A DNA stretch of 64,000 bases from Naegleria gruberi (lineage: Eukaryota): assembly GCA_000004985.1 (NCBI GenBank), contig GG738862.1; one strand, 5' to 3'. Made by a program: the position numbers and the translations under genes. Numbering within the stretch: position 1 is the first letter of the stretch; each line of letters begins with the position of its first letter. The notes beneath the pieces were generated by a model. That model searched no databases and was not told where the DNA came from. It saw only the letters and a program-made list of their open reading frames with translations. Shown piece after piece: positions 1 to 9,045 of this stretch.

Positions 1-744
1 AGTTTATTGGTTAGTAATAAGAGTAGAGCAGTAGAGTATTCGAATCATTTTGTTTCGAATTTGAATAACGCAACTAGAGAATATTTAGAGAAGGCACTAT
101 ATGAAAGTGATAAGAATGATGCTATTGAGACCCTTTATATGGATTCGACAGCTATAATTGGAACCATACTATGTGGATTGGCTCTGTTAATTATACTTCC
201 GACCGGTTTTATTGCTACTTTTGGAAGAAATAACAAATTATTGGAAAAATTACAAAAAGTCAATGCAAAGGAGGTCTTGAAGACGGTGTCTGATACATAT
301 TTGAATACTTCCTTTAAAGAATATTGTAAAAATCATCAACAATTGAAATATTTTCTATTTTTAGAAAAATCATTACTTTATTCAGAATATTGTGAAGAAA
401 TATTTAATTTAAATTCAATTGAAAATTACTTAAATGGTACCAATACCAATTCTATAGAAACTAGAATTGATGAATTTGAATCTAAAAAGTGTGAAATTAT
501 CTTTGAAACCATGATTGAGTTTCTCAGCTCAAAAGGTGAATATTTTCTTGGTGAGAAACAAATTGGCGGGAAGAAATTAATTCAAAAAGTTAATAAGGAA
601 TTCAAATCTAATCCAATGAATTTACCAGAAAATTTATTAGATGAAATTGAATCGAATATTTCAATTTGTTTAATTTCAACACTCAAGTCATTTCAATCCA
701 CGCAAAAACAAAAGAGAACTCTTTACAATTTTTCAAAACAATAG
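1..744 (+). CDS. Two-TM membrane protein with C-terminal RGS-like domain, family paralogue. It is 5'-partial: the reading frame is open from window position 1.
   Basis: The ORF is open from nt 1 (ORF-track start at 7 is a TTG). The protein contains TM2 (IIGTILCGLALLIILPTGF) and the conserved C-terminal domain LEKLQKVNAKEVL...FKEYCKNHQQLKYFLFLEKSLLYSEYCEEIFNL...FLGEKQIGGKK...NPMNL shared with the genes at 4146, 5548, 7187 and 9046. Blocks of about 95 nt are nearly identical to the 4146 and 5548 genes. Confidence 0.5.
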   Translation, partial: SLLVSNKSRAVEYSNHFVSNLNNATREYLEKALYESDKNDAIETLYMDSTAIIGTILCGLALLIILPTGFIATFGRNNKLLEKLQKVNAKEVLKTVSDTYLNTSFKEYCKNHQQLKYFLFLEKSLLYSEYCEEIFNLNSIENYLNGTNTNSIETRIDEFESKKCEIIFETMIEFLSSKGEYFLGEKQIGGKKLIQKVNKEFKSNPMNLPENLLDEIESNISICLISTLKSFQSTQKQKRTLYNFSKQ

Positions 745-770
745 TCAACTTGAAGAGTTTGAGGAATTCT

Positions 771-895
771 TACTCTATATATATTTTGAGTAGTGAGATC
801 ATAAAACTCTAAATGAATTCCTTGCTATTATTACGAAGATATCATTGATTGATGGAAGAGGAAACCACTTGAATCATCGTATCAGTAAACACCAA
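771..895. repeat. About 125-bp dispersed duplicate. Its minus strand encodes ...VFTDTMIQVVSSSINQ* plus 3' flank, a copy of the C-terminal end of the RCC1-like gene (see 2459..2570).
   Basis: Direct alignment of 771-893 against 2459-2568 gives about 80-85% identity. Both copies contain tcattgattgatgga and gaatcatcgtatcagtaaa(c/t)acacca. Confidence 0.6.
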
Positions 896-990
896 GCCAT
901 ACTGAACCATACTGATGTGGCCCGATGATTCTTTGAGGCGCTCATCGTGATATGGTTAAAAGTTTGCTGATGTGTTACTGTACAATCAGC

Positions 991-1990
991 TTATTTTCTT
1001 AGTGATGTTAATTGTTTCATTTCACTTAAATATTTGGCTCCTTTATCACTAATTTCATTGTTATAAATATAAAGTAATGTCAGTTGTTTCATTTCACTTA
1101 TGTATTTGGCCCCTTCATCACTAATTTCATTGTAACCAATATTAAGTGATGTTAGTTGTTTCATTTCACTTATATATTTAGCTCCTTTATCACCAATTTG
1201 ATTGTCATAAATATAAAGCGATGTTAATTGTTTCATTTCACTGATGTGTTTGGCTCCTTCATCACTAGTTTCATTGTTAGAAACATTAAGTGATGTTAAT
1301 TGTTTCATTTCACTTAAATATTTGGCTCCTTTATCACTAATTTCATTGTTATAAATACAAAGTGATGTCAATTGTTTCATTTCACTGATGAATTTAGCTC
1401 CTTCAACAGTAATTTCATTGTAACCAATATTAAGTGATGTTAGTTGTTTCATTTCATTTATATATTTGGCCCCTTCATCACTAATTCGATTGTTAGAAAT
1501 ATAAAGTGATGTCAATTGTTTCATTTCACTTATGTATTTGGCTCCTTCATCACTAATTCATTGCTACCAATATTAAGTGATGTTAATTGTTTCATTTCAC
1601 TTATATATTTGGCTCCCTCTACACCAATTCGATTGTCATAAACATTAAGTGATGTTAATTGTTTCATTTCACTGATGAATTTAGCTCCTTCATCACGAAT
1701 TTCATTGTTAGAAACATTAAGTGATGTTAATTGTTTCATTTCACTGAAATATTTGGCTCCTTCATCACCAATTTCGATTGCTACCAATATTAAGTAATAT
1801 TAATTGTTTCATTTCACTTATATATTTGGCTCCTTTATCACTAATTTGATTGTAATATATATTAAGTGATGTTAGTTGTTTCATTTCACTTATATATTTG
1901 GCTCCTTCATAACCAATTAGATTGTGAGAAATATCAAGTGATGTCAATTGTTTCATTTCACTAATGAATTTGACTCTTTCTCTCGAGCCA
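991..1990 (-). repeat. 72-bp tandem repeat array of about 14 units. Each unit encodes a 24-aa RI-type leucine-rich repeat, MKQLTSLNIGYNEISDEGAKYISE.
   Basis: Visible 72-nt periodicity: gt(c/t)a(g/a)ttgtttcatttcac...ttggc(t/c)cc...tcatcactaatttcattg...attaagtgat, repeated head to tail. Confidence 0.85.
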
Positions 1991-2403
1991 AGCAAATATC
2001 CAGAAAATTCAACATTAACAATACTATTCCTAAATTGACTTTTCTTGAATAATTTAATTCTTTTCTTTGTAAATTTGTTTTTAAATTGAATAACAAGTTT
2101 TGAACGTTCCTTGATCACATTAAAGAATTGTTTTGAAATTAAAGTGCAATTATTTAAAATAAACCACGAATCATCAATCATTGAAATTATTTCAAAACAA
2201 ATATCATCTGAAAATATTTCTTGTCGCTGGAGTTTCACAAATTTTTTCTTCTGTTTTGCTTTCACCATATTATTATGGTCAATTGTGAATATTTCCTCCG
2301 AATTATTCGTATGATGATTTTCAAAATCTTGACTGTTTCGTTGACCCATTTTTTTAAATTTGAATGATTTAGAGAAATTGTCTGATATTTTAACAATCGG
2401 CAT
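991..2403 (-). CDS. F-box-like/LRR (ribonuclease-inhibitor-type) protein. The reading frame is interrupted by two compensating 1-nt homopolymer indels near 1556 and 1776, so this is a possible pseudogene or sequencing error.
   Basis: The N-terminal segment QEIFSDDICFEIISMIDDSWFILNNCTLISKQFFNVI is F-box-like. It is followed by 24-aa LRR units. The three ORFs 1765..2403, 1530..1787 and 991..1524 all read the same repeat consensus. The outer two share a frame (offset 879 = 3x293) and the middle one is shifted. Confidence 0.5.
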
Positions 2404-2458
2404 TGGAAAGCACTACTGCATAACAAAGTGATCTAATTATTGAAGGAAGTTAAAGACA

Positions 2459-2570
2459 CTCTATATTTGAGTGGTGGGATCATAAACTATATAGTACTAT
2501 TATTACAAAGATATCATTGATTGATGGATGAGGAAATTACTTGAATCATCGTATCAGTAAATACACCATC
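2459..2570. repeat. Second copy of the about 125-bp element. Here it forms the genuine 3' end (DGVFTDTMIQVISSSINQ* plus 3'UTR) of the minus-strand gene 2514..3824.
   Basis: Aligns to 771..895 (see that feature). Confidence 0.6.
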
Positions 2571-3824
2571 CCTCAATCTATTTTTCAGTTTTTCAGTCAT
2601 AGTCTTCATATTCAAAGAATGAGTAAAATAATCCTCTCTCCAATAAATTATATCAAGAAATTCAGAAGTGATGGATAATTTGGAATCTCCTTTAATATTG
2701 CTAGTTGTGTAGATGGGTGTCAGAATGAAAAACGAGTTACTAACCAAGTCATTCATTCGATAAATTGTTGAATTGTTGATAACTATGAAAAATTCTCTAC
2801 CCGAAGAATAAATTCTGCATGATTTGATAGTTTCAGGTTTCTTTCTTATTAGTTTCGTAATTTCAATCTTGTGATTTTTTGGGGAATAAATATGGAACTT
2901 GTCTAATTGAAATTCAATGTAAAAAACACATATTATTATGAGGAAACTTACTTGTTAATAGAGCTACTCCATTATATGTAGAAGCAATATCAATAACAAA
3001 TTCATTAGTATTTGAATCTGGTAGTGGAAACTCTTTCAACGAATCCCCAAATTCACTTCCACAACAAAAAACCTTTCCATCATTTGTAAGGGCCACAGTT
3101 TTATGATCTCCATTTACAACCTTTACAAAAAATGGTTTAATACTCTGCTGTTCATCTAAATTACATTCCATAATTCTTTTTTGAGAAAGGTTTGAGATTT
3201 GACTTGTTGATTGACCTGTTTCTCCAAATTTATTACATCCACTAGCCAATAGTCTTCCTTTGGATGTTAAATAAACAATAGTTGAAGATGCACATGAAAT
3301 AAATCTAACAAACTCATCCATTTCCAAACAATTTTCAAAATCCAAAATTTCATGCCAATCTCTAATGTCAAATGTTGGCGTAATTGATTTTTCAAATGAT
3401 AATTGATCAAATGATTCAGTTTCTCCACGATAAAGTTTAACATTCTCTCCAAAATAACCACTACCAGTATATATATATTGTATCCAAACACTTTCGTCTT
3501 ACATGTCACTCTATTCTGTACCAATAATAAGATATTACAATAGGAGGCACTAATTTCAATAATTGTTTCATTCCTCCGATCAGTAATAAATGGTAATTCT
3601 AATTTCCACCAAATTCCCTTCCTATACATGAATAATTCATCATCTTTGGTTACCACATAACAATAAAATAATCGGAAGAGAATAAACTTGATTGGTGCAA
3701 AACGACCAATAAAATCAGAATTTTCTATTTCACTCTTATTTCCACTCAAATTTATATCGGGATAGAATGAGACGAATCGATCGGATTTTTGTACAGTTTC
3801 AATTATTGTTGATGAATCAAACAA
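2514..3824 (-). CDS. RCC1-like repeat protein in three ORF pieces (3267..3824, 2914..3345, 2514..2756). There is a frame change near 3480-3500, caused by an intron or a frameshift.
   Basis: Motifs LLASGCNKFGETGQ and ALTNDGKVFCCGSEFGDSL resemble RCC1 blades (GxNxxGQLG). The pieces lie in different frames with no clean in-phase GT..AG pair found. Confidence 0.35.
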
Positions 3825-4145
3825 GTAAAGGAAATTGACAGGTTGCTTGTGGAGCCATTTTTTTTTCTTCTTAGATTTTAATAATTTTAGAAATCAAAAA
3901 AGTAATGATAATATTTAATTGATGAAGATGTGTGGTTAGCAAGTTGCAGGCCAAAAAATTAAGTGAATCAAAATAGAATTAAGGTGACCACTTACGACTT
4001 TCTAAATGCAATTCGAGTAATTTTTACTTCTTTCGTTCTCGTTAATGTCATGATCTTACTATTTTACTAATTTACCTTCAAGAGCTTTCTTTTTTAGGAA
4101 GATATCATCGAGCTAATCAACTTGCGCAGCGCCACATGAAAAAAA

Positions 4146-5432
4146 ATGACTTTAAATCCATCGACGTCTACATTTGAATTATCAGTGAAGATTGAACCAC
4201 ACAATGCACCACTTCATCAATTCAACAATAACAATAACAACAATAAAGAAACAACAAATAATTACTTTTCGGAAAGAAAAAAACGAAAATACAAGATTAA
4301 TACGAAATGTGGAAGTATTGAATTTGACATTGAAAGAATATTAACTTTTCTAGTCATGTTTGTGGTTGTTGCTTCTCTTCTTGGTTTGGCTATAATGAGT
4401 GGATTTGGTTTCATTCGAAGTTATAAAGAATTAAGTGTTTACTATTATGGTGGTAAATCAACAGGTTATTCTATTGAATTATCAACATATATGAGAATAG
4501 TATTATCTTCTGATATAATAATTAATGACAGATGGCTTTTAAAAATCAATTCAACTTTTGAGAATTGGTTGTATGCTTCTGAATGGGCAATTTTTCATTC
4601 TTTCTATGTTGATTATTATGAAATTCAATTACCACAAATAGTTAAAGACATTCAGAAAGAATATGAACACTTGTACAATTCACTACTATTACAAAATATT
4701 AACAAGACAAGTCAATTTCAATATTTTCAAAATGAATTTGTGAAAAGTGTTGAAAGTTTCAATGTGGATTATCTTTTGAGTGCTTATAGATATAGTCTAG
4801 CTATTAATGAAAGAGAATCAAGTTATATTGTCATTACTTCTATAATTGGAACTATTGTTTGTGCCTTGATATTACTAATTATACTTCCAACTGGTTTTAT
4901 TGCTACTTTTGGAAGAAATAACAAATTATTGGAAAAATTACAAAAAGTCAATGCAAAGGAGGTTTTGAAAACTATAAATGATCCTTATTTGAACGATCCA
5001 TTTCGGAAATTCTGCAAAGAAAATCAAAAACTTAATTACTTTCTATTTTTGGAAAAATCATTACTATATTCAGAATATTGTGAAGAAATATTTAATTTAA
5101 ATTCAATTGAAAATTACTTGAATGATAGTAGTACCAATTCTATAGAAACTAGAATTGATGAATTTGAATCTAAAAAATGTGAAATTATCTTTGAAATCAA
5201 AACTGAATTTCTAAATTCGAAAGGTGAATATTTTCTTGGTGAAAAACAAATTGGCGGGAAGAAAGAAATTCAAAAAGTGAAATTGGAATTCAAATCCAAT
5301 CCAATGAATTTATCTGATAATTTATTAGATGAAATTGAATCGAATATTTCAATTTGTTTAATTTCAACACTCAAATCATTTCAATCAAATCTTAAAAATA
5401 AGAAATTCATCTCAACCAAGTCGTTACAATAA
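4146..5432 (+). CDS. Two-TM receptor-like protein with cytoplasmic RGS-like domain (family paralogue)
   Basis: Basic juxtamembrane motif RKKRKYKINTKCGSIEFDIERILTF. TM1 is VMFVVVASLLGLAIMSGFGFI. An approximately 200-aa loop carries NxS/T sites. TM2 is IIGTIVCALILLIILPTGFIATF. The C-terminal domain matches the RGS-box pattern (F-K-x3-K-x9-F; ...CEE...; VNL(D/E)xS; (S/D)xxF(L)G). Confidence 0.55.
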   Translation: MTLNPSTSTFELSVKIEPHNAPLHQFNNNNNNNKETTNNYFSERKKRKYKINTKCGSIEFDIERILTFLVMFVVVASLLGLAIMSGFGFIRSYKELSVYYYGGKSTGYSIELSTYMRIVLSSDIIINDRWLLKINSTFENWLYASEWAIFHSFYVDYYEIQLPQIVKDIQKEYEHLYNSLLLQNINKTSQFQYFQNEFVKSVESFNVDYLLSAYRYSLAINERESSYIVITSIIGTIVCALILLIILPTGFIATFGRNNKLLEKLQKVNAKEVLKTINDPYLNDPFRKFCKENQKLNYFLFLEKSLLYSEYCEEIFNLNSIENYLNDSSTNSIETRIDEFESKKCEIIFEIKTEFLNSKGEYFLGEKQIGGKKEIQKVKLEFKSNPMNLSDNLLDEIESNISICLISTLKSFQSNLKNKKFISTKSLQ

Positions 5433-5547
5433 ACAACATTTGTTTCAATTATTTAGTTGTAAGTATTGTCGACAGCGCTATCCATTTCCAGAATATTTTA
5501 AATTTCCGTTTTAGGAAGATATTCATCCGAAACCTGTCATAAAAAAA

Positions 5548-6831
5548 ATGTCCACACCAACAACAAGCTCTTCAACATTGGAGTTGTTAGAAGAGGATTC
5601 TTCTCCCTCTCGGAAACAACAAGATCAATTCAATAATAATAACAAAAACAACATTATTTTGCCATCATCAACATATAAACTTTCGAATAGAAAGAAACGA
5701 AAGTTTATCATTAATACTAAATGTGGCAGTATTGAAATGAGCATTGAACGAATATTAACATTCCTAATCATGTTCATTGCCATATTTTCACTTTTCATTC
5801 TTTCAATTATTACAATCTATGCATTCTTCTTGAAAAATTACAATGAACATTCAATTTACAAAACATCACATCAAACTATTCAACATTCGAATAGATTATC
5901 TACTTATTTTCATATCATTTTATCAACTAATATTACAATAGATGATAGATGGTTATTAAAAATTAATTCTACTTTTATGGAATTTAAAGAAAAAGCATTA
6001 TTTGGAGCACTTTATTATTTTGAAATTTCCAATAATGGAAATGAATATATTAGACCAATGGAAATTGTTAAAATTGAACAAGATTATAATTATTTATATG
6101 AATTATTAACTAAAAATAAGAAAGATTTGGAATTTTATAAAAATCAATTTATTTATGGAATTGAAAATTATGTACAAAATTATTTGGAAATTGCTTTGAA
6201 GAAAAGTGATAAAAATGATGAAATAGAAACTATTTTTATGTATTCTACTGCTATAATTGGAACTATAATATGTGGATTGACTTTATTAATTATTATTCCA
6301 ACTAGTTGTATTGCCTTAATTGGAAATAATAACAAAATTATGAAAAAATTACAAAAAGTGAATGCAAAAGAAGTTTTAAATTTTATTTCAGATTCTTATT
6401 TGAATATTTCCTTTAAAGAATATTGTAAAAATCATCAACAATTAAAATACTTTCTATTTTTGGAAAAATCATTACTATATTCAGAATATTGTGAAGAAAT
6501 ATTTAATTTAAATTCAATAGATAATTACATCACTAATTCCAATACTAACCTGAGTGAAATACAAATAGATAAATTTGAATCTAAAAAATGTGAAGTTGTC
6601 TTTGAAATTATTACAGAATTTCTAAATTCGAAAGGTGAATATTTTCTTGGTGAGAAACAAATTGGCGGGAAGAAATTAATTGAAAAAGTTAATAAGGAAT
6701 TCAAATACAATCCAATGAATTTATCTGAAAATTTATTTAATATTATTGAATCAAATATTTCAATTCATTTATTTCCAACACTTAAATTATTTAAATCTAA
6801 TAGAAAGACTATTCCTAATCTAACAAATTGA
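5548..6831 (+). CDS. Two-TM receptor-like protein with cytoplasmic RGS-like domain (family paralogue)
   Basis: Same architecture (RKKRKFIINTKCGSIEMSIERILTFLIMF TM1, TM2 IIGTIICGLTLLIIIP, C-terminal FKEYCKNHQQLKYFLFLEKSLLYSEYCEEIFNL). Nucleotides 6440-6520 are nearly identical to 5040-5120 and 340-420. Confidence 0.55.
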   Translation: MSTPTTSSSTLELLEEDSSPSRKQQDQFNNNNKNNIILPSSTYKLSNRKKRKFIINTKCGSIEMSIERILTFLIMFIAIFSLFILSIITIYAFFLKNYNEHSIYKTSHQTIQHSNRLSTYFHIILSTNITIDDRWLLKINSTFMEFKEKALFGALYYFEISNNGNEYIRPMEIVKIEQDYNYLYELLTKNKKDLEFYKNQFIYGIENYVQNYLEIALKKSDKNDEIETIFMYSTAIIGTIICGLTLLIIIPTSCIALIGNNNKIMKKLQKVNAKEVLNFISDSYLNISFKEYCKNHQQLKYFLFLEKSLLYSEYCEEIFNLNSIDNYITNSNTNLSEIQIDKFESKKCEVVFEIITEFLNSKGEYFLGEKQIGGKKLIEKVNKEFKYNPMNLSENLFNIIESNISIHLFPTLKLFKSNRKTIPNLTN

Positions 6832-7186
6832 AAATATTAGTATTCTAATTAAGAAGACTCTTCTGAAGTTGATCACTAATTTAGTTTGATAGATCTTTAA
6901 TTTAACAATCAAATAGTATTTAGTCAACTCAATTACTCTTTAAGAATTTAAAATTCAACTATGAAAATTGAAAGTACATAATCATGATTACAATCCTCGT
7001 AGTTCGTAGTGTAAAACATTTTCAAGACACTTGTCTCTTTTATTCTTCAATTGTAACAACCATTAGCTATATAGAGATAGTTTCCATACCAAGGAAAAAT
7101 GACATGTTGACATTTGGTATCTTTTATAGACATTTGACCACCACATAAGCCAACAATCACGATTGCGATATCTTTCACTAAAAAAA

Positions 7187-8716
7187 ATGTCTCTTCAACA
7201 TGCTCTTCAACAACAAAGCAATTCAATTACCTTTGTTGAAATGGAGAATCTTCTCATCACCTTGAATATCGATAGTACAAATCAACTAGAACAACAAATA
7301 ACATCAACAATATTATCTTCCTTACCTTCTGCACATTTAAATAATTCAACTTCTATAACAACAACAACAGGTAGTTCACAACAGTTGTCAACTTTTAAAT
7401 ATTTTGATCAGAGTACAAGTAGTAGTACTTTGATAAAAATTATTGAGGAAGGAAATAATGATGGTGTTAATATTAATAAGAATATATCAATTCAACGAAA
7501 GAAGGAATTTATTATAAAAACTAAATGTGGTCAATTGGAATTGACATTTGACAGAATATTGGCATTTATTATCATGTTATTGGCAATTATAACATTATTA
7601 ATATTAGTAATATTATCTACTGGTACTATTTTCTTGCAAACTAATACAGAAAACAAAACTTTTAATAACTTTACAAAAGTTACAAAAAATTTAATAAGAT
7701 TGAATGCATATTATACTATTTTAATGGAAAGTAAATTAGATGAATTATTGATTGAGGAAATTAATGAAACAATGATTGATGTTAAAGTGGATTACAACAA
7801 GTTATTAATTGATATTCCTTATTATGGAAATACTGCTCAATATAGTAGGTCCAGAGTTGTTACAATTTTAAATAGAAATTTTAAATCTTTGGAGAGTAAT
7901 CATAATTATATTTATAATGAGATTATAGTAAATAATTATACAGATACTAAATTTTTCTATTCGAATTATCATCCTAGTTTAGTCAATTTCACACAAAGTT
8001 TAGACCTAGCTCTGATACTTGCTGATAAGGCTGCAAGTAATGAAGATGAATATATGAATATAAATGCAATCATTGATTTGTCTCTAGTTGGATTTGTATT
8101 GATAATCATAATTCCATCAATTGGTCTAATTTTAATCAAGTCAGCTGTCAATGACAACAAATTTATGGAAAAATTACAAAAAGCAGATGCAAGAATAGTG
8201 ATTGAAACAATTGCAGATCCTAGATATCAATCATATTTTAAAGAATTATGTAAAGAACATAATCAATTATCAAAATATCTATTTATGGAAAGAGTTCAAT
8301 TATTTAATGAAATATGTCAAAGAGTTTTCACATTACAAGATGAAATTGAAGAAGGAGTTAATCTAGAAATGAGTAAGAAAATGTTAATTGAAATTGATGA
8401 TTTAGAAGCAAAGAAATTTGAATTATCATTTGAATTAATTACAGAATATCTTGATTTAGGTAGTGATACCTTTTTAGGATTTAGATTAGTAGGTCGTAAA
8501 AGATCCATTGAGAAAATCAAAAAGATATTCGACACACAATCAATGAATTTGCCTGAAAATCTCTTCAAGAATATTCAATCAAATGTTTCATTGAATTTAC
8601 TTCCAATTTACAAATTATTTAAATCCAATCAACAACGAAAGAGAAATGAAAGAAAAATTAAAATTATTGCAAAACAACAAGACAAACATGAAATTATGAA
8701 AAATAAACAACAGTAA
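7187..8716 (+). CDS. Two-TM receptor-like protein with cytoplasmic RGS-like domain (divergent paralogue)
   Basis: KKEFIIKTKCGQLELTFDRILAFIIML TM1. An N-glycosylation-rich loop (NKTFNNFT, NETMIDV, NYTDTKFFYSNYHPSLVNFTQ). TM2 is LVGFVLIIIIPSIGLILI. C-terminal FKELCKEHNQLSKYLFMERVQLFNEICQRVF...GVNLEMS...GSDTFLGF. The start is placed at the ATG after an A7 run. The ORF-track start at 7163 is a TTG. Confidence 0.5.
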   Translation: MSLQHALQQQSNSITFVEMENLLITLNIDSTNQLEQQITSTILSSLPSAHLNNSTSITTTTGSSQQLSTFKYFDQSTSSSTLIKIIEEGNNDGVNINKNISIQRKKEFIIKTKCGQLELTFDRILAFIIMLLAIITLLILVILSTGTIFLQTNTENKTFNNFTKVTKNLIRLNAYYTILMESKLDELLIEEINETMIDVKVDYNKLLIDIPYYGNTAQYSRSRVVTILNRNFKSLESNHNYIYNEIIVNNYTDTKFFYSNYHPSLVNFTQSLDLALILADKAASNEDEYMNINAIIDLSLVGFVLIIIIPSIGLILIKSAVNDNKFMEKLQKADARIVIETIADPRYQSYFKELCKEHNQLSKYLFMERVQLFNEICQRVFTLQDEIEEGVNLEMSKKMLIEIDDLEAKKFELSFELITEYLDLGSDTFLGFRLVGRKRSIEKIKKIFDTQSMNLPENLFKNIQSNVSLNLLPIYKLFKSNQQRKRNERKIKIIAKQQDKHEIMKNKQQ

Positions 8717-9045
8717 CTTTTCCATTATTCGACTTTTCACATTATTTCCTTTTTGAGCTCATGGTCAACTGGTTCTTTTATTAACAATTATTCCATTAAG
8801 AGAACAAATTATCAGCAATCACACAATAAGAATGTTACTTTACACAACTTACAATATCCACTAGAATCGGAATTAGAATCTTTTATTTATGCGATTCTTA
8901 TTTGAGCCAGCAAATCATTTTGGAATCTTTCACTTTACGAACTCTATTTTACCTTTTTAGATGTTTTTGGAATGTTAAACTACTATTTTCAATTTGCAAT
9001 ATTGACATCCATGAATCTTTCACACAGTCAATTAAACACAAAAAA

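Noticed and set aside
991-1990. Regularly spaced 72-bp direct repeats as a CRISPR array
   Set aside because: The repeats are contiguous without unique spacers. They are coding (LRR units) and lie in a eukaryotic gene. There is no cas context.
2111-2314. Short ORFs antisense to or overlapping real genes (e.g. 2111..2314, 6525..6710, 7969..8160, 9801..10052, 11089..11274, 32455..32736, 42791..43138, 44127..44724, 56811..57137)
   Set aside because: All lie inside longer, motif-supported CDSs on the opposite strand or in another frame. They are low-complexity translations (e.g. the WFRFW antisense of the PEPK repeat) and have no independent support.
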